Below are positions 40,304-49,399 of a stretch of 64,000 nucleotides of DNA, one piece after another (within the stretch, counting starts at the first letter, position 1; each line of letters begins with the position of its first letter). The stretch spans positions 45,992 through 109,991 of the forward strand of contig VMEV01000002.1 of the NCBI GenBank assembly GCA_007375725.1, read 5' to 3'. The notes below the pieces were generated by a model that had not been told where the DNA came from, searched no databases, and was given only the letters and a program-made list of their open reading frames with translations. This DNA is from Parcubacteria group bacterium Greene0416_36. GTDB taxonomy: Bacteria; Patescibacteriota; Patescibacteriia; VMEV01. The translations under genes were made by a program, and so were the position numbers.

Positions 40304-40333
40304 GGTAAGGGCTCAAAATTTTGAGCCCTTACC
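40304..40333. repeat. repeat unit E copy 2 hairpin GGTAAGGGCTCAAAATTTTGAGCCCTTACC
   Basis: identical to 39659-39688 including flanks. Confidence 0.55.
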
Positions 40334-40433
40334 TTTTTTAGCGGGGGGGGGAATAATTTTGGAATAAAAAAATCAGAATTTTCATTCTGAGTTTTTTGCG
40401 CCTAGATTTGCGGACGCGATTTTTATATTGCGA

Positions 40434-40817
40434 TTAGCATTTTTTCAACTCATGACACTTGGTGTCAGTTTCATGGTCTACTAAAACATTCATTTCTTTG
40501 GAAAGTTCATCCTTTAAAAATTGAGCTTTTAATTTTTCAAGACTTATGTTCTCTGGGCAATAATCGTTGCATTTACTTATTGCCGTCAGTATTATTTCGG
40601 GCAGTTTGTGCTTGATGTAGGGGCCAAATAATGAACCCTCATCTTCCGTCACCAACATATTCAAAATATGTTGGATTGTACTTTTTAACATTTTTACCAC
40701 CCTAAAATTGCGGTCTATTGGACATCTTATGTCAGGCCCAGATTTTTGAAGAAAGTGGATGGTCTGGACCATTAGATTCACGCAGAACTCTATTGTATTC
40801 ATGGTTTGTCCTTTCAA
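40434..40817 (-). CDS. hypothetical Cys-containing small protein
   Basis: 127 aa ORF between repeat E copy 2 and 56-bp motif copy B. Confidence 0.3.
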   Translation of the reverse strand: MKGQTMNTIEFCVNLMVQTIHFLQKSGPDIRCPIDRNFRVVKMLKSTIQHILNMLVTEDEGSLFGPYIKHKLPEIILTAISKCNDYCPENISLEKLKAQFLKDELSKEMNVLVDHETDTKCHELKKC

Positions 40818-40865
40818 AAAGAAGTTTTTGTAAAAAGCTGTTATCTTTTTAGCATTCTTTTTTTA

Positions 40866-40922
40866 TTTTGTCAATATACCCATCCTCCCCATTATTTTGT
40901 AAGATAGGCGGGAATTGGGGAA
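40866..40922. repeat. 56-bp motif copy B, immediately 5' of RAYT start codon
   Basis: ends GGGAATTGGGGAAAT-ATG; ORF-track N-terminus (MSIYPSS...) is read-through of this motif. Confidence 0.5.
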
Positions 40923-40924
40923 AT

Positions 40925-41527
40925 ATGTCGGTCACATATGAATGGGAGCGGAAATCGATGAGACTTGTGGGCTATGATTATTCGAAGCCGGGGTTTTATT
41001 TTGTGACGGTTTTGACGAAGGATAGGGAATGTTTGTTTGGGGAGATTGAAGAGGGGGAGATGAGGTTGGGTGAGATGGGAAAGATTGCGGAGGGAGAGTG
41101 TTTGAAAACTTCGGAGATTCGAAAAAACATCAAGGTTGATTGTTTTGTGGTGATGCCAAATCATGTTCATGGGATTATTGAGATTATGGATGTTGACGGC
41201 GATCCGGGTAAGGACAATGTACTCGAGTCTCGACCTGGTAAGGGCACGGTGCTTGAGAGTCTACCCGGTAAGGGCGTATTGCAATACGCCCTTACCTCGA
41301 GTCGGGTGGGGTTTCGTTCTCCGTCCAATAATCTTGGTGCCGTGATCAGGGGATATAAATCATCAGTCACCAAACAAATCAATGACCTTCGTAATACCCC
41401 GTGCAATCCTGTCTGGCACCGCAACTACCACGATCACATCATCCGATCACTGGAGGAACTTGAAAATATCCGAGAGTATATAAAAAATAATCCACGAAGA
41501 TGGAAAGACGATCCGGAGAATGTTTAA
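40925..41527 (+). CDS. REP-associated tyrosine transposase (RAYT; IS200-like HuH transposase) carrying in-frame REP/tandem-repeat insert
   Basis: HuH motif MPNHVHGII, C-terminal WHRNYHDHIIRS...IREYIKNNPRRW; standalone, no IS ends recognised. Confidence 0.7.
   Translation: MSVTYEWERKSMRLVGYDYSKPGFYFVTVLTKDRECLFGEIEEGEMRLGEMGKIAEGECLKTSEIRKNIKVDCFVVMPNHVHGIIEIMDVDGDPGKDNVLESRPGKGTVLESLPGKGVLQYALTSSRVGFRSPSNNLGAVIRGYKSSVTKQINDLRNTPCNPVWHRNYHDHIIRSLEELENIREYIKNNPRRWKDDPENV
41204..41306 (+). repeat. three tandem ~30 bp repeats (CCnGGTAAGGnCAnnGTnCTnGAGnCTCnA), third containing REP GTAAGGGCGTATTGCAATACGCCCTTAC (41268-41295), in-frame inside RAYT
   Basis: encodes PGKDNVLESR / PGKGTVLESL / PGKGVLQYAL in the loop where RAYTs normally have a Gly-rich segment. 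Confidence 0.65.
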
Positions 41528-41568
41528 ATATATGAATTTTTTAAATCTGATTCATAGCAAGGACGCAA

Positions 41569-41596
41569 GTAAGGGCGTATTGCAATACGCCCTTAC
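41569..41596. repeat. REP GTAAGGGCGTATTGCAATACGCCCTTAC 42 nt downstream of RAYT stop
   Basis: third identical copy of family A. Confidence 0.6.
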
Positions 41597-41788
41597 GGGT
41601 TGGAGCAATGGCTCCGTGGCAAATATTATCCCCGCGGGGGATATACTTTTTGATTTATAAATTATTATCATAGCAATTTTTTGACAGATTAATTTTAAAA
41701 TTACACGAGATTGCCGCGCTCCCCTCGGAAATGAATCATGACTCTGTCATGATTCTAGGCTCGGGATCGCTCGCAATGACACTATCAT

Positions 41789-44773
41789 ATGCAAGAACAA
41801 AAAAAATCCTTCCTCTCTGAAATAGAGGAAAAAATACTCGAATTTTGGGACAAAGACAAAACATTTGAGAAGTCGGTAAACGAGCGGCCGGAATCAAAGC
41901 CTTATGTCTTTTATGACGGGCCTCCTTTTGCGACCGGTCTCCCTCATTATGGACATATCTTGGCGTCGACTTCCAAGGATATGGTTCCGCGATACTGGAC
42001 CATGAAAGGGTATCGGGTGGAGCGGCGGTGGGGATGGGATTGTCATGGCCTTCCGATCGAAAACATCGCTGAAAAGGAACTCAAAATCAGTGGCAAAAAA
42101 GCGATTGAGGAGATGGGCATTGATAAATTCAACGAGTTTTGCCGATCGAAAGTGCTCACTTATGCCAAGGATTGGGGGACAATAGTGCGTCGCATCGGCC
42201 GATGGGTGGATTTTGATAATGCCTACATGACCATGGATAATTCGTATATCGAGTCCGTGTGGTGGGCATTCAAGCAAATGCATGGAAAGGGCCTGATATA
42301 CGAAGGCAAAAAAGTGCTTCTCTACTGCTCCCGCTGTGAGACGCCGATTTCGAATTTCGAGATAGCGATGGATAATAGTTATAAGGATGTGGAGGAGGAA
42401 ACCGCTATCGCGAAATTAAAAATTAAAAATGAAAAATTAAAAATTGGAACAACAAATAATACTTACTTTTTGGCGTGGACGACGACACCGTGGACCCTAG
42501 TAGGGAATTTGGCATTGGCGATCAATAAAGATTTTGAATATGTGGTGGTGGCGAAAGATGGGATGAATGAGCAAATGATCTTGGCTAAGTCGGCATTTGA
42601 AAAACAGCAGGATTTGTATGCGGGATATTCGGTGGTGGAAACAGTTCGGGGGGAGAAACTATTAGATTTGGAATATGAACCGCTCTACGAGATGAATGCG
42701 GGCGGCAAGCGGGGATTTTATGCTTTGGATGGGGGAGCGGATGTGACTGCGGATGATGGAACGGGTATGGTCCATATGGCCATGTATGGTGAGTTCGACT
42801 ATGAAATGGCCAAGAAATATGATTTGCCTCAGATCATTCATTTGGATGAAATGGGAAAACTCAAAGAAGGGCCGGAAGCTTGGAAAGGCGTTTATTTCAA
42901 GAAATTGAATGGTTTGGTTTTGGAAGATCTCAAAAGTCGGGGACTTTTATTTGCTTCTCCGAAACATAGTCATTCGTATCCATTCTGTTATCGCTGTGCC
43001 ACGCCACTCTATTACGCGCCGATCCCGGCTTGGTTTATCGCCGTATCTAAAATCAAATCTCGTCTCCTCGAACTAAACGCGACGGGAAAAAATACCAATG
43101 GCAAAGATGTGGGCATCAATTGGGTACCGGATCATCTCAAGGAGGGCCGGTTCAAGAACAGTCTCGAAGGCGCGCCGGACTGGAATATTTCCAGAAACCG
43201 TTATTGGGCCTCTTCGATTCCCGTGTGGAAATGCGTGGATTGCGGAAAGCAGGAAGTTTTCGGATCCGTACAAGAATTGCGAGATAAGGCGACCAATCTC
43301 AAAGAATTAGGCTTGGAAAAAGCCGAGATCGATCTGCACAAACATGTTGTGGATAAAATATTGGTGGAGTGTGAGTGTGGTAAATCGATGCATCGTATTC
43401 CCGAAGTCATTGACTGCTGGGTGGAAAGCGCGTCCATGCCTTTCGCGGCGGAACATTACCCCTTCGAAAATGCTAAAAAATTCGAGCATTCATTTCCAGC
43501 TCAATTTGTCAGCGAATATATCGCTCAAACCCGGGCGTGGTTCTACGTTTGTCTTGTTCTCTCTGGAGCAGTATTCGACAAGATTCCTTTTGAAAATGTG
43601 GTGGTGACTGGTACGATCATGGCCGAGGATGGCACGAAAATGTCCAAATCTAAAGGGAATTATCCGGATCCCATGGGACTGATCAACCGTTTTGGTGTCG
43701 ATGCTCTGCGTCTCTATCTCATGTCTTCTCCTGTAATGAAAGGCGAATCCCTCAATTTTTCTGAGAAAGGCGTGGATGAAATGGCCAAGAAAGTCGTGAT
43801 GCTCTTGTATAATGTGGTGAATTTTTATGAGTTGTTTGTAACAAATCCCCCTCGGTCCCCCTTTGACAAGGGGGAAGAGGGTGTTGTTTCCCCCTCCCTT
43901 GTCAAAGGGAGGGTTGGGGTGGGATTTGTTGCCTCTACCCCATCGACAGGAAACATTCTCGACCGCTGGATCCTGTCCAAATTGAATACTCTGATTACTG
44001 AGATGACCGAAAAATATGATCGCTATGAACTAGTCGATGGCACGCGGCTGCTTCCTTCCTTCATCGATGAACTCTCCACCTGGTATGTCCGCCGTTCGCG
44101 GGACCGGTTTAAGGGGGAGGATGAGGCGGATCGACAAAGCGCTTTAGCGACTCTGGGTTTTGTTTTGTCGGAGCTTTCTAAACTGCTGGCTCCCGTTGCG
44201 CCCTTTACGGCTGAACAGGTTTGGATGCGGCTGGGTAATAAAACCTCGGTGCATTTGGAACCGTGGCCGGTCGCCAGTAAGGGCGTGGATGAAAAAGTGG
44301 TGGAAGAGATGGATTTTGTCCGAAAAATTGTCGAAGATGTTCATCGCCAGCGCGCAGAAGCGGGCGTGAAGGTGCGACAACCTCTTGGAAAAGTAGAATT
44401 AACTCTTCCTTTCGGACTTTCTCGAGATTTGGTTGATATTTTGAAAGATGAAGTGAATGTACTCGAAGTGATTCAGAAAAAAGGGGAGTGGAAAGTAGCG
44501 CTTGATACTCAACTTACTGAAGAACTTAAAAAAGCTGGAATGTTTCGAGAACTGGTCCGCCAGATCAACGGCATGCGAAAGGAATCAGGACTCTCGATCG
44601 GTGATTTTGTCACCATGGAATACCTCTCTGATCCTCAATTATCTGCTTGGATTGAATCTAATCGCGAGATATTAGCCAAACAGGTTTTGGCTTCGAAGAT
44701 TGTGGCGGGAGGGGATGGAGGGAAGGAACTGGATTTGGATGGGAAGAAGTTGGTGTGGAAAATTGTGAAATAA
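41789..44773 (+). CDS. ileS: isoleucyl-tRNA synthetase carrying in-frame MITE-derived 31-aa insert
   Basis: HIGH variant PHYGHIL, KMSKS, editing and anticodon-binding regions; insert at 43841-43932. Confidence 0.9.
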   Translation: MQEQKKSFLSEIEEKILEFWDKDKTFEKSVNERPESKPYVFYDGPPFATGLPHYGHILASTSKDMVPRYWTMKGYRVERRWGWDCHGLPIENIAEKELKISGKKAIEEMGIDKFNEFCRSKVLTYAKDWGTIVRRIGRWVDFDNAYMTMDNSYIESVWWAFKQMHGKGLIYEGKKVLLYCSRCETPISNFEIAMDNSYKDVEEETAIAKLKIKNEKLKIGTTNNTYFLAWTTTPWTLVGNLALAINKDFEYVVVAKDGMNEQMILAKSAFEKQQDLYAGYSVVETVRGEKLLDLEYEPLYEMNAGGKRGFYALDGGADVTADDGTGMVHMAMYGEFDYEMAKKYDLPQIIHLDEMGKLKEGPEAWKGVYFKKLNGLVLEDLKSRGLLFASPKHSHSYPFCYRCATPLYYAPIPAWFIAVSKIKSRLLELNATGKNTNGKDVGINWVPDHLKEGRFKNSLEGAPDWNISRNRYWASSIPVWKCVDCGKQEVFGSVQELRDKATNLKELGLEKAEIDLHKHVVDKILVECECGKSMHRIPEVIDCWVESASMPFAAEHYPFENAKKFEHSFPAQFVSEYIAQTRAWFYVCLVLSGAVFDKIPFENVVVTGTIMAEDGTKMSKSKGNYPDPMGLINRFGVDALRLYLMSSPVMKGESLNFSEKGVDEMAKKVVMLLYNVVNFYELFVTNPPRSPFDKGEEGVVSPSLVKGRVGVGFVASTPSTGNILDRWILSKLNTLITEMTEKYDRYELVDGTRLLPSFIDELSTWYVRRSRDRFKGEDEADRQSALATLGFVLSELSKLLAPVAPFTAEQVWMRLGNKTSVHLEPWPVASKGVDEKVVEEMDFVRKIVEDVHRQRAEAGVKVRQPLGKVELTLPFGLSRDLVDILKDEVNVLEVIQKKGEWKVALDTQLTEELKKAGMFRELVRQINGMRKESGLSIGDFVTMEYLSDPQLSAWIESNREILAKQVLASKIVAGGDGGKELDLDGKKLVWKIVK
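43841..43932. repeat. MITE-like element copy 4, inserted in-frame within ileS coding sequence
   Basis: ACAAATCCCC..CCCTTTGACAAGGGGG..CCCTCCCTTGTCAAAGGGAGGG..GGGATTTGTTGC; 93 bp = 31 codons, translated as ...PFDKGEEGVVSPSLVKGRVG... Confidence 0.75.
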
Positions 44774-44790
44774 AGAGGGTATCAAACAAA

Positions 44791-44836
44791 AGTAAAAGCG
44801 GTCCGAAGTAATATCGGACCACTTTTACTTTTTTAC
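44791..44836 (+). terminator. intrinsic terminator after ileS (AGTAAAAGCGGTCCGA..TCGGACCACTTTTACT + T6)
   Basis: hairpin shares GGTCCGA...TCGGACC core with terminator at 9661. Confidence 0.65.
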
Positions 44837-45317
44837 AGGAGGCCAAGAAAAGAAGGTTGACAGTAGGCACGTTTTTGTCTATCATAAAGATAGATTACCC
44901 CGCACGGTAAAGAGAATTCCTCCTTACGTCCGGCTTGTATATGTACGGGGTTCTATCTTTTCATTGCTTTAAAATGGCCTTACCGGGCCTTTTTAGTTAT
45001 GATCAACATCATTAAGAAAATTAATGAGAGAATCAAAACTATAGAGTCCATAATTCATCACCTCCTTTCCTGGGAATTTTGAACGGACGAGTCTTTTTAC
45101 ACAAGCCCATTATCTTAATGGCTTTTTTTATATTTGGGTAGATCGTTTTATCCCCATAAACCACAGCCACCTTGTCGGACAGGGTGTTTTTTAAAATTAA
45201 AAAAACCAGAGATTTCTGGTTAATTTTTCTGCAATATTAAATTTAGATTTTTATTTTTTCTGATTTTTTAACACCCCCCCCGCTAATAAACTGAAACTAT
45301 AATCTTTTTTATATTTT

Positions 45318-45377
45318 TTGTCAATATACCCCTTCCCCTCATTCTTTTGTAAGATGAACAAGGAATTTGGAGTGGGG
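45318..45377. repeat. 56-bp motif copy C (TTTGTCAATATACCCCTTCCCCTCATTCTTTTGTAAGATG...) ~150 nt upstream of ruvA
   Basis: third copy, 3' part diverged. Confidence 0.45.
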
Positions 45378-45520
45378 TTACAATATTGATTGCGTTTAAG
45401 ATGAGATCCCCGATTCTAACTTTAGCGGTACTGCATTGTTTTATTGTTCGGGGATGACGGTTTATACGAGGATGTTGGTCGTCACCTAAATCCTAGATCC
45501 TTAATCCTGAATCCTAATTT

Positions 45521-46099
45521 ATGTTAGGCTGGCTCCGCGGCACAATCCGCTATCTCTCCTCCCGCCATATCATTCTCGATATCGGCGGAGTTGGGTATGA
45601 AGTTTGGGTTCCGACACGTCTGTCCGGGTCTTTTTTACCTGATTCCACCGCGGAATTTTTCATTCATCATATCATCCGCGAAGATGCCAATTTACTTTAC
45701 GGGTTTCCCACGAGCGGGGAGTTGGAGTTGTTTAAGTTGCTGCTGACTGTCTCCGGCGTGGGACCCAAGACGGCGCTCTCGGTGCTCGACGGCGCGGAGC
45801 CTCTCGACATTATCCGCGCTTTGGGCCAGGAAGATGCGTCATTTTTCAAAAATATTTCAGGGATAGGCGCCAAGACTTCGGAGCGGATCATTCTTGAACT
45901 TAAGGGGAAGGTCGAGAAAATGTCGGCCTCGTCTCTGGGGGGAGAGTCCAGCATGGCATATCAAAATCAAGAAGATATTATTTCGGCCTTGGTGGCTTTG
46001 GGGTATCAGGCGGTATCCGTGCGCCGGATTGTTCGCGAATTAGGGCCCGTGGCTTCGGCTCAGGAAGGCATCCGCCGGGCATTGGCGAAGTTGAAGTGA
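45521..46099 (+). CDS. ruvA: Holliday junction branch-migration protein RuvA
   Basis: MLGWLRGTI...VGYEVWVP OB domain, HhH LLTVSGVGPKTALSVL. Confidence 0.85.
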   Translation: MLGWLRGTIRYLSSRHIILDIGGVGYEVWVPTRLSGSFLPDSTAEFFIHHIIREDANLLYGFPTSGELELFKLLLTVSGVGPKTALSVLDGAEPLDIIRALGQEDASFFKNISGIGAKTSERIILELKGKVEKMSASSLGGESSMAYQNQEDIISALVALGYQAVSVRRIVRELGPVASAQEGIRRALAKLK

Positions 46100-46107
46100 T
46101 AGTAGGC

Positions 46108-46156
46108 TGTTTCTCCCTTCCTTGTTAAGGGAAGGGTTGGGGATGGGTTTGTTGCT
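46108..46156. repeat. half copy of MITE-like element (copy 5, matches right half of diverged copy 3)
   Basis: CCCTTCCTTGTTAAGGGAAGGGTTGGGGATGGGTTTGTTGC directly after ruvA stop. Confidence 0.5.
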
Positions 46157-46165
46157 AATATTTTT

Positions 46166-47194
46166 ATGCGTTTTTTCCCTCCAAAATCTCTCATCTCTCC
46201 CATTTTTGTGGCATTTTTTTTATTCGTGATCTTTTTGATGTGGACGCATTTTAAAAACCGAGAGTCATCTGATTTGATCGCCATTGATTGGTATGGCACG
46301 TCTCTGGGAGTATCCACGGCTCATGAAGAAGCCTCACTTCTCGGGCTCAAAAAGCATTTTGGCAGGGATGTGAAGATCCAATTCCATTATATTTCTAAGC
46401 TCGGTGAGAGCGGGAAATTTGAGAGTGTTTTGGCTGGGGGGCAGGAATCGTCGGCGGAGTTGGACCGAGATATTCTGGAAAATAAAGTGAAATTAGTATT
46501 TCAGAAATATCAGTCAGATTTATTCGCAGATTATTTACGGATCAGTGCATTGACCCTGGATTATACGTGGAAAAATCGACTGCCTTTTTTGAATGAAGAT
46601 GATTTTGAAATTTCCTGGCGCTTGGGCCGAGAGGGGGAGTCATTACTGCGGCAAGAGTGGCTGGATTTCGAAGAAATTCGCGCTGAGTTGAATCTTCCGG
46701 ATACCGCTTTCTCGCTTTTGCTTGTGGATGGCCGGCCTTACTTCGGGAAGATCGAATTGCTGGCCCTTTCATCCATGATCGCCCGGCAAAATTTTCCTAA
46801 TTCGTCTAATGCCGAGTATAATTATAAAGGCATTCCTCTCTGTTACGATCATTCGCAGTGCCGTGAGTTTCCCGATTTGGAAGGAATCTGTGCCTCTAGG
46901 CATTGCCAATATTATGGGGCGCCAGAGATCAAATTGAATATTCTGGATGATTCTCTGCCCCGCTCGGCCGCCGTGATATCCGCCATGAGAAAAAGACACC
47001 CCGAGCTGGATTCTGTTTTCTGGCAAGAGCCGGACGCCAAAGACATCCGCCAGAAAACCGGCATCAAATCCGGCCCCGTCTATTGGCTCAGCGACACCCT
47101 CCGCGATTCGGTTCTCTTTGGCAGATACCTAGATAATAATGAAGTTGAGATTGTCGGAGGATTGATAGTTTTGAAGGAGTTGAGAATCGAATAA
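46166..47194 (+). CDS. hypothetical membrane-anchored protein
   Basis: N-terminal TM, 342 aa, Cys-containing C-terminal region. Confidence 0.4.
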   Translation: MRFFPPKSLISPIFVAFFLFVIFLMWTHFKNRESSDLIAIDWYGTSLGVSTAHEEASLLGLKKHFGRDVKIQFHYISKLGESGKFESVLAGGQESSAELDRDILENKVKLVFQKYQSDLFADYLRISALTLDYTWKNRLPFLNEDDFEISWRLGREGESLLRQEWLDFEEIRAELNLPDTAFSLLLVDGRPYFGKIELLALSSMIARQNFPNSSNAEYNYKGIPLCYDHSQCREFPDLEGICASRHCQYYGAPEIKLNILDDSLPRSAAVISAMRKRHPELDSVFWQEPDAKDIRQKTGIKSGPVYWLSDTLRDSVLFGRYLDNNEVEIVGGLIVLKELRIE

Positions 47195-47249
47195 TCTCTT
47201 TTGGCTGTTTCATTCGTCATTCTTAAATTCGTAATTCTTCATTGATTTT

Positions 47250-48152
47250 ATGCCCCCCCAACTCTCTGATCAACAATTATCTTTGGGATATTGGCTGGTC
47301 CAGAACAGGCAGAATTTTCGTAATATCGGCGTCGCGATTCTTATTATCCTCAATCTGGGTCTGTGGGGATACAGTTCTTGGCGCTGGATTAAGGTCTTTG
47401 CCATTGACAAGGCCCATCATGAGGCCATGATGGCCGAATTTTCGGCCAATTATGTGAATTATGAAGGTGTGCATACCTGGGACGCGCCCCTCCCTTTCGT
47501 GAATCTGGGGGCGTGGGCACTGGATGCGGGAGGCGGGAGATATGATCTCGTGGCTAAGCTCCGCAATCCTAATAATCAGTGGCTGGCCCTGATTGAATAC
47601 CGTTTTACAGCATCGGACCCGAAAGTGACCACGAAAATTTACAAAGATTTTATTTTGCCTGGGGATTATAAATATTTCATGGATCTGGGCGTGGAGAGCA
47701 AATCCAGTCTCGCCACTCCGCGGATCAATATCGTGAGTCTCCGCTGGCAAAAAGTGGTGGGCGCACTACAAAAAAAGAGCAAAGCACTCCGCATCGATGT
47801 GTCCGACGCTAAATTTCTAGGAAATCGTGGTCTGGGTCTGGGAGACGCTCTCGATATTTCTAGGGTTGAATTCAAGGCCAAGAATAATTCCTCTTATAAT
47901 TTTTGGAAGGTGGGGTTCAGCGTGGTCGTGCTCGCGGGAACCAAACCCGTCGCGGTCAATTATTTATTGGCCGATGATTTTGTCTCGGGTAGCGAGAAAT
48001 TTCTGGACGTGTCTTTTTTTAACAAACTGTCGGCTTCCACGGGCGTGGAAGTGAAGCCGGATCTCAATATTTGGGACATGAAAAATTATCGCGATTTCTC
48101 AGGCGCATTGGGGGCGGATATCAAGGATTTTGGAGATTTTAGGAGGCAGTAA
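47250..48152 (+). CDS. hypothetical membrane-anchored protein
   Basis: N-terminal TM, 300 aa. Confidence 0.4.
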   Translation: MPPQLSDQQLSLGYWLVQNRQNFRNIGVAILIILNLGLWGYSSWRWIKVFAIDKAHHEAMMAEFSANYVNYEGVHTWDAPLPFVNLGAWALDAGGGRYDLVAKLRNPNNQWLALIEYRFTASDPKVTTKIYKDFILPGDYKYFMDLGVESKSSLATPRINIVSLRWQKVVGALQKKSKALRIDVSDAKFLGNRGLGLGDALDISRVEFKAKNNSSYNFWKVGFSVVVLAGTKPVAVNYLLADDFVSGSEKFLDVSFFNKLSASTGVEVKPDLNIWDMKNYRDFSGALGADIKDFGDFRRQ

Positions 48153-49284
48153 TTGTTCTATGCGATACCTCAATCTGTTTTCCGCATTCTGGAGGCTGGA
48201 CTGGATTTTAATTTCTTCCGTGATTTTATTGTCTCTATTGGGTCTGGCATCTATTTACTCCGCCAATTTGGGGATTATTGGAGGGACTTTTTTGACTTTC
48301 AAAAAACAGTTGCTGTTTTTGGGGGGAGGCCTCGTGTTTTTATTTTTGGGCGCGGGGATGGATTATCGAATTTTGAAAAATTATACGCGCCCTTTGTATT
48401 TTGTTACTCTCGCGATTTTATTGTTTGTCTTGTTTTTCGGATCCGTTCAGCGCGGAACAAGGGGCTGGCTGAATTTTGGCGTGTTTAGTTTTCAGATTGT
48501 CGAATGGGCCAAGCTGGTAGCTGTTGTTTTTATGGCGAGCTACTTGTCCGAATGGGCCAGGTTGCTCAATCAATGGCGGCATGTTTTTACTAGCGGGGTG
48601 GGTGTTTTTTTGTTGTTTGTATTGGTTTTCCTCCAGCCGGATTTTGGTTCGAGTATGGTCATTTTTTTTCTTTGGCTGTCAGTTTCGCTCGTTTCAGGGA
48701 TCAAAAAAACGCATTTTCTCATGATTTTGTCTCTGCTCGCTCTGGCCGCTGCTATCGGCTGGGTCGGATTTCTCAAACCCTATCAAAAAGATCGCATCGA
48801 ATCGTTTTTGGATCCTTATGCTGATCCTTTGGGCCGCGGATATAATTTGCATCAGGCTCTGATTGCCACTGGCGGAGGGGGGTTTTGGGGGAAAGGGCTG
48901 GGCGCCGGATCACAAAGCCAGCTTAAATTTCTTCCCGAATCCCAGACCGATTTTATTTTCGCGGCCATTTCTGAAGAGCTGGGGTTTGTCGGATCGACTT
49001 TTCTACTGGTTTTATTTGGCATTTTATTTTGGCGGATGTATCTCATTATTCGAAACGCTCGGGATGATTTTGGCCTTTTCTTGGTTTTGGGGATATGGAT
49101 TGTGTTTTGGATCCAGGTGGTGATCAATGTGGGGATGAATATCGGCATCATGCCAGTCACCGGCATCTCTTTGCCCTTTGTCAGCTATGGGGGCAGTTTT
49201 TATCTCGTGGCTATGTTTATGGTGGGGCTTTCCCAAAGCGTTCACCTCCGTGTTGATTCCATGGAATTGGACAGCCGCGATTGA
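48130..49284 (+). CDS. FtsW/RodA/SpoVE-family peptidoglycan polymerase
   Basis: PDFGSSMVIFF, ESQTDFIFAAISEELGFVGS, SLPFVSYGGS; real start probably Met ~48160. Confidence 0.75.
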   Translation: MEILGGSNCSMRYLNLFSAFWRLDWILISSVILLSLLGLASIYSANLGIIGGTFLTFKKQLLFLGGGLVFLFLGAGMDYRILKNYTRPLYFVTLAILLFVLFFGSVQRGTRGWLNFGVFSFQIVEWAKLVAVVFMASYLSEWARLLNQWRHVFTSGVGVFLLFVLVFLQPDFGSSMVIFFLWLSVSLVSGIKKTHFLMILSLLALAAAIGWVGFLKPYQKDRIESFLDPYADPLGRGYNLHQALIATGGGGFWGKGLGAGSQSQLKFLPESQTDFIFAAISEELGFVGSTFLLVLFGILFWRMYLIIRNARDDFGLFLVLGIWIVFWIQVVINVGMNIGIMPVTGISLPFVSYGGSFYLVAMFMVGLSQSVHLRVDSMELDSRD

Positions 49285-49399
49285 TTTTTCTCTGGCTTTA
49301 TATTATGCTCGGAAAGTGAATTGACCTCGCCCTGATTTTCGTTTAAAATAGTCTGAAATTAGCACTTTTTTATTAAAGGCCAGTTTCCTATATAATTCT

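Noticed and set aside
40868-40924. N-terminal extension of RAYT ORF (MSIYPSSPLFCKIGGNWGN)
   Set aside because: It is the translation of the conserved 56-bp upstream motif from a TTG. The conserved transposase sequence starts at ATG 40925.
41204-41306. Tandem 30 bp repeats: possible CRISPR array?
   Set aside because: There are only three units with no unique spacers. They are embedded in-frame in a transposase ORF and carry the REP palindrome, so they are not CRISPR. No cas genes were seen.
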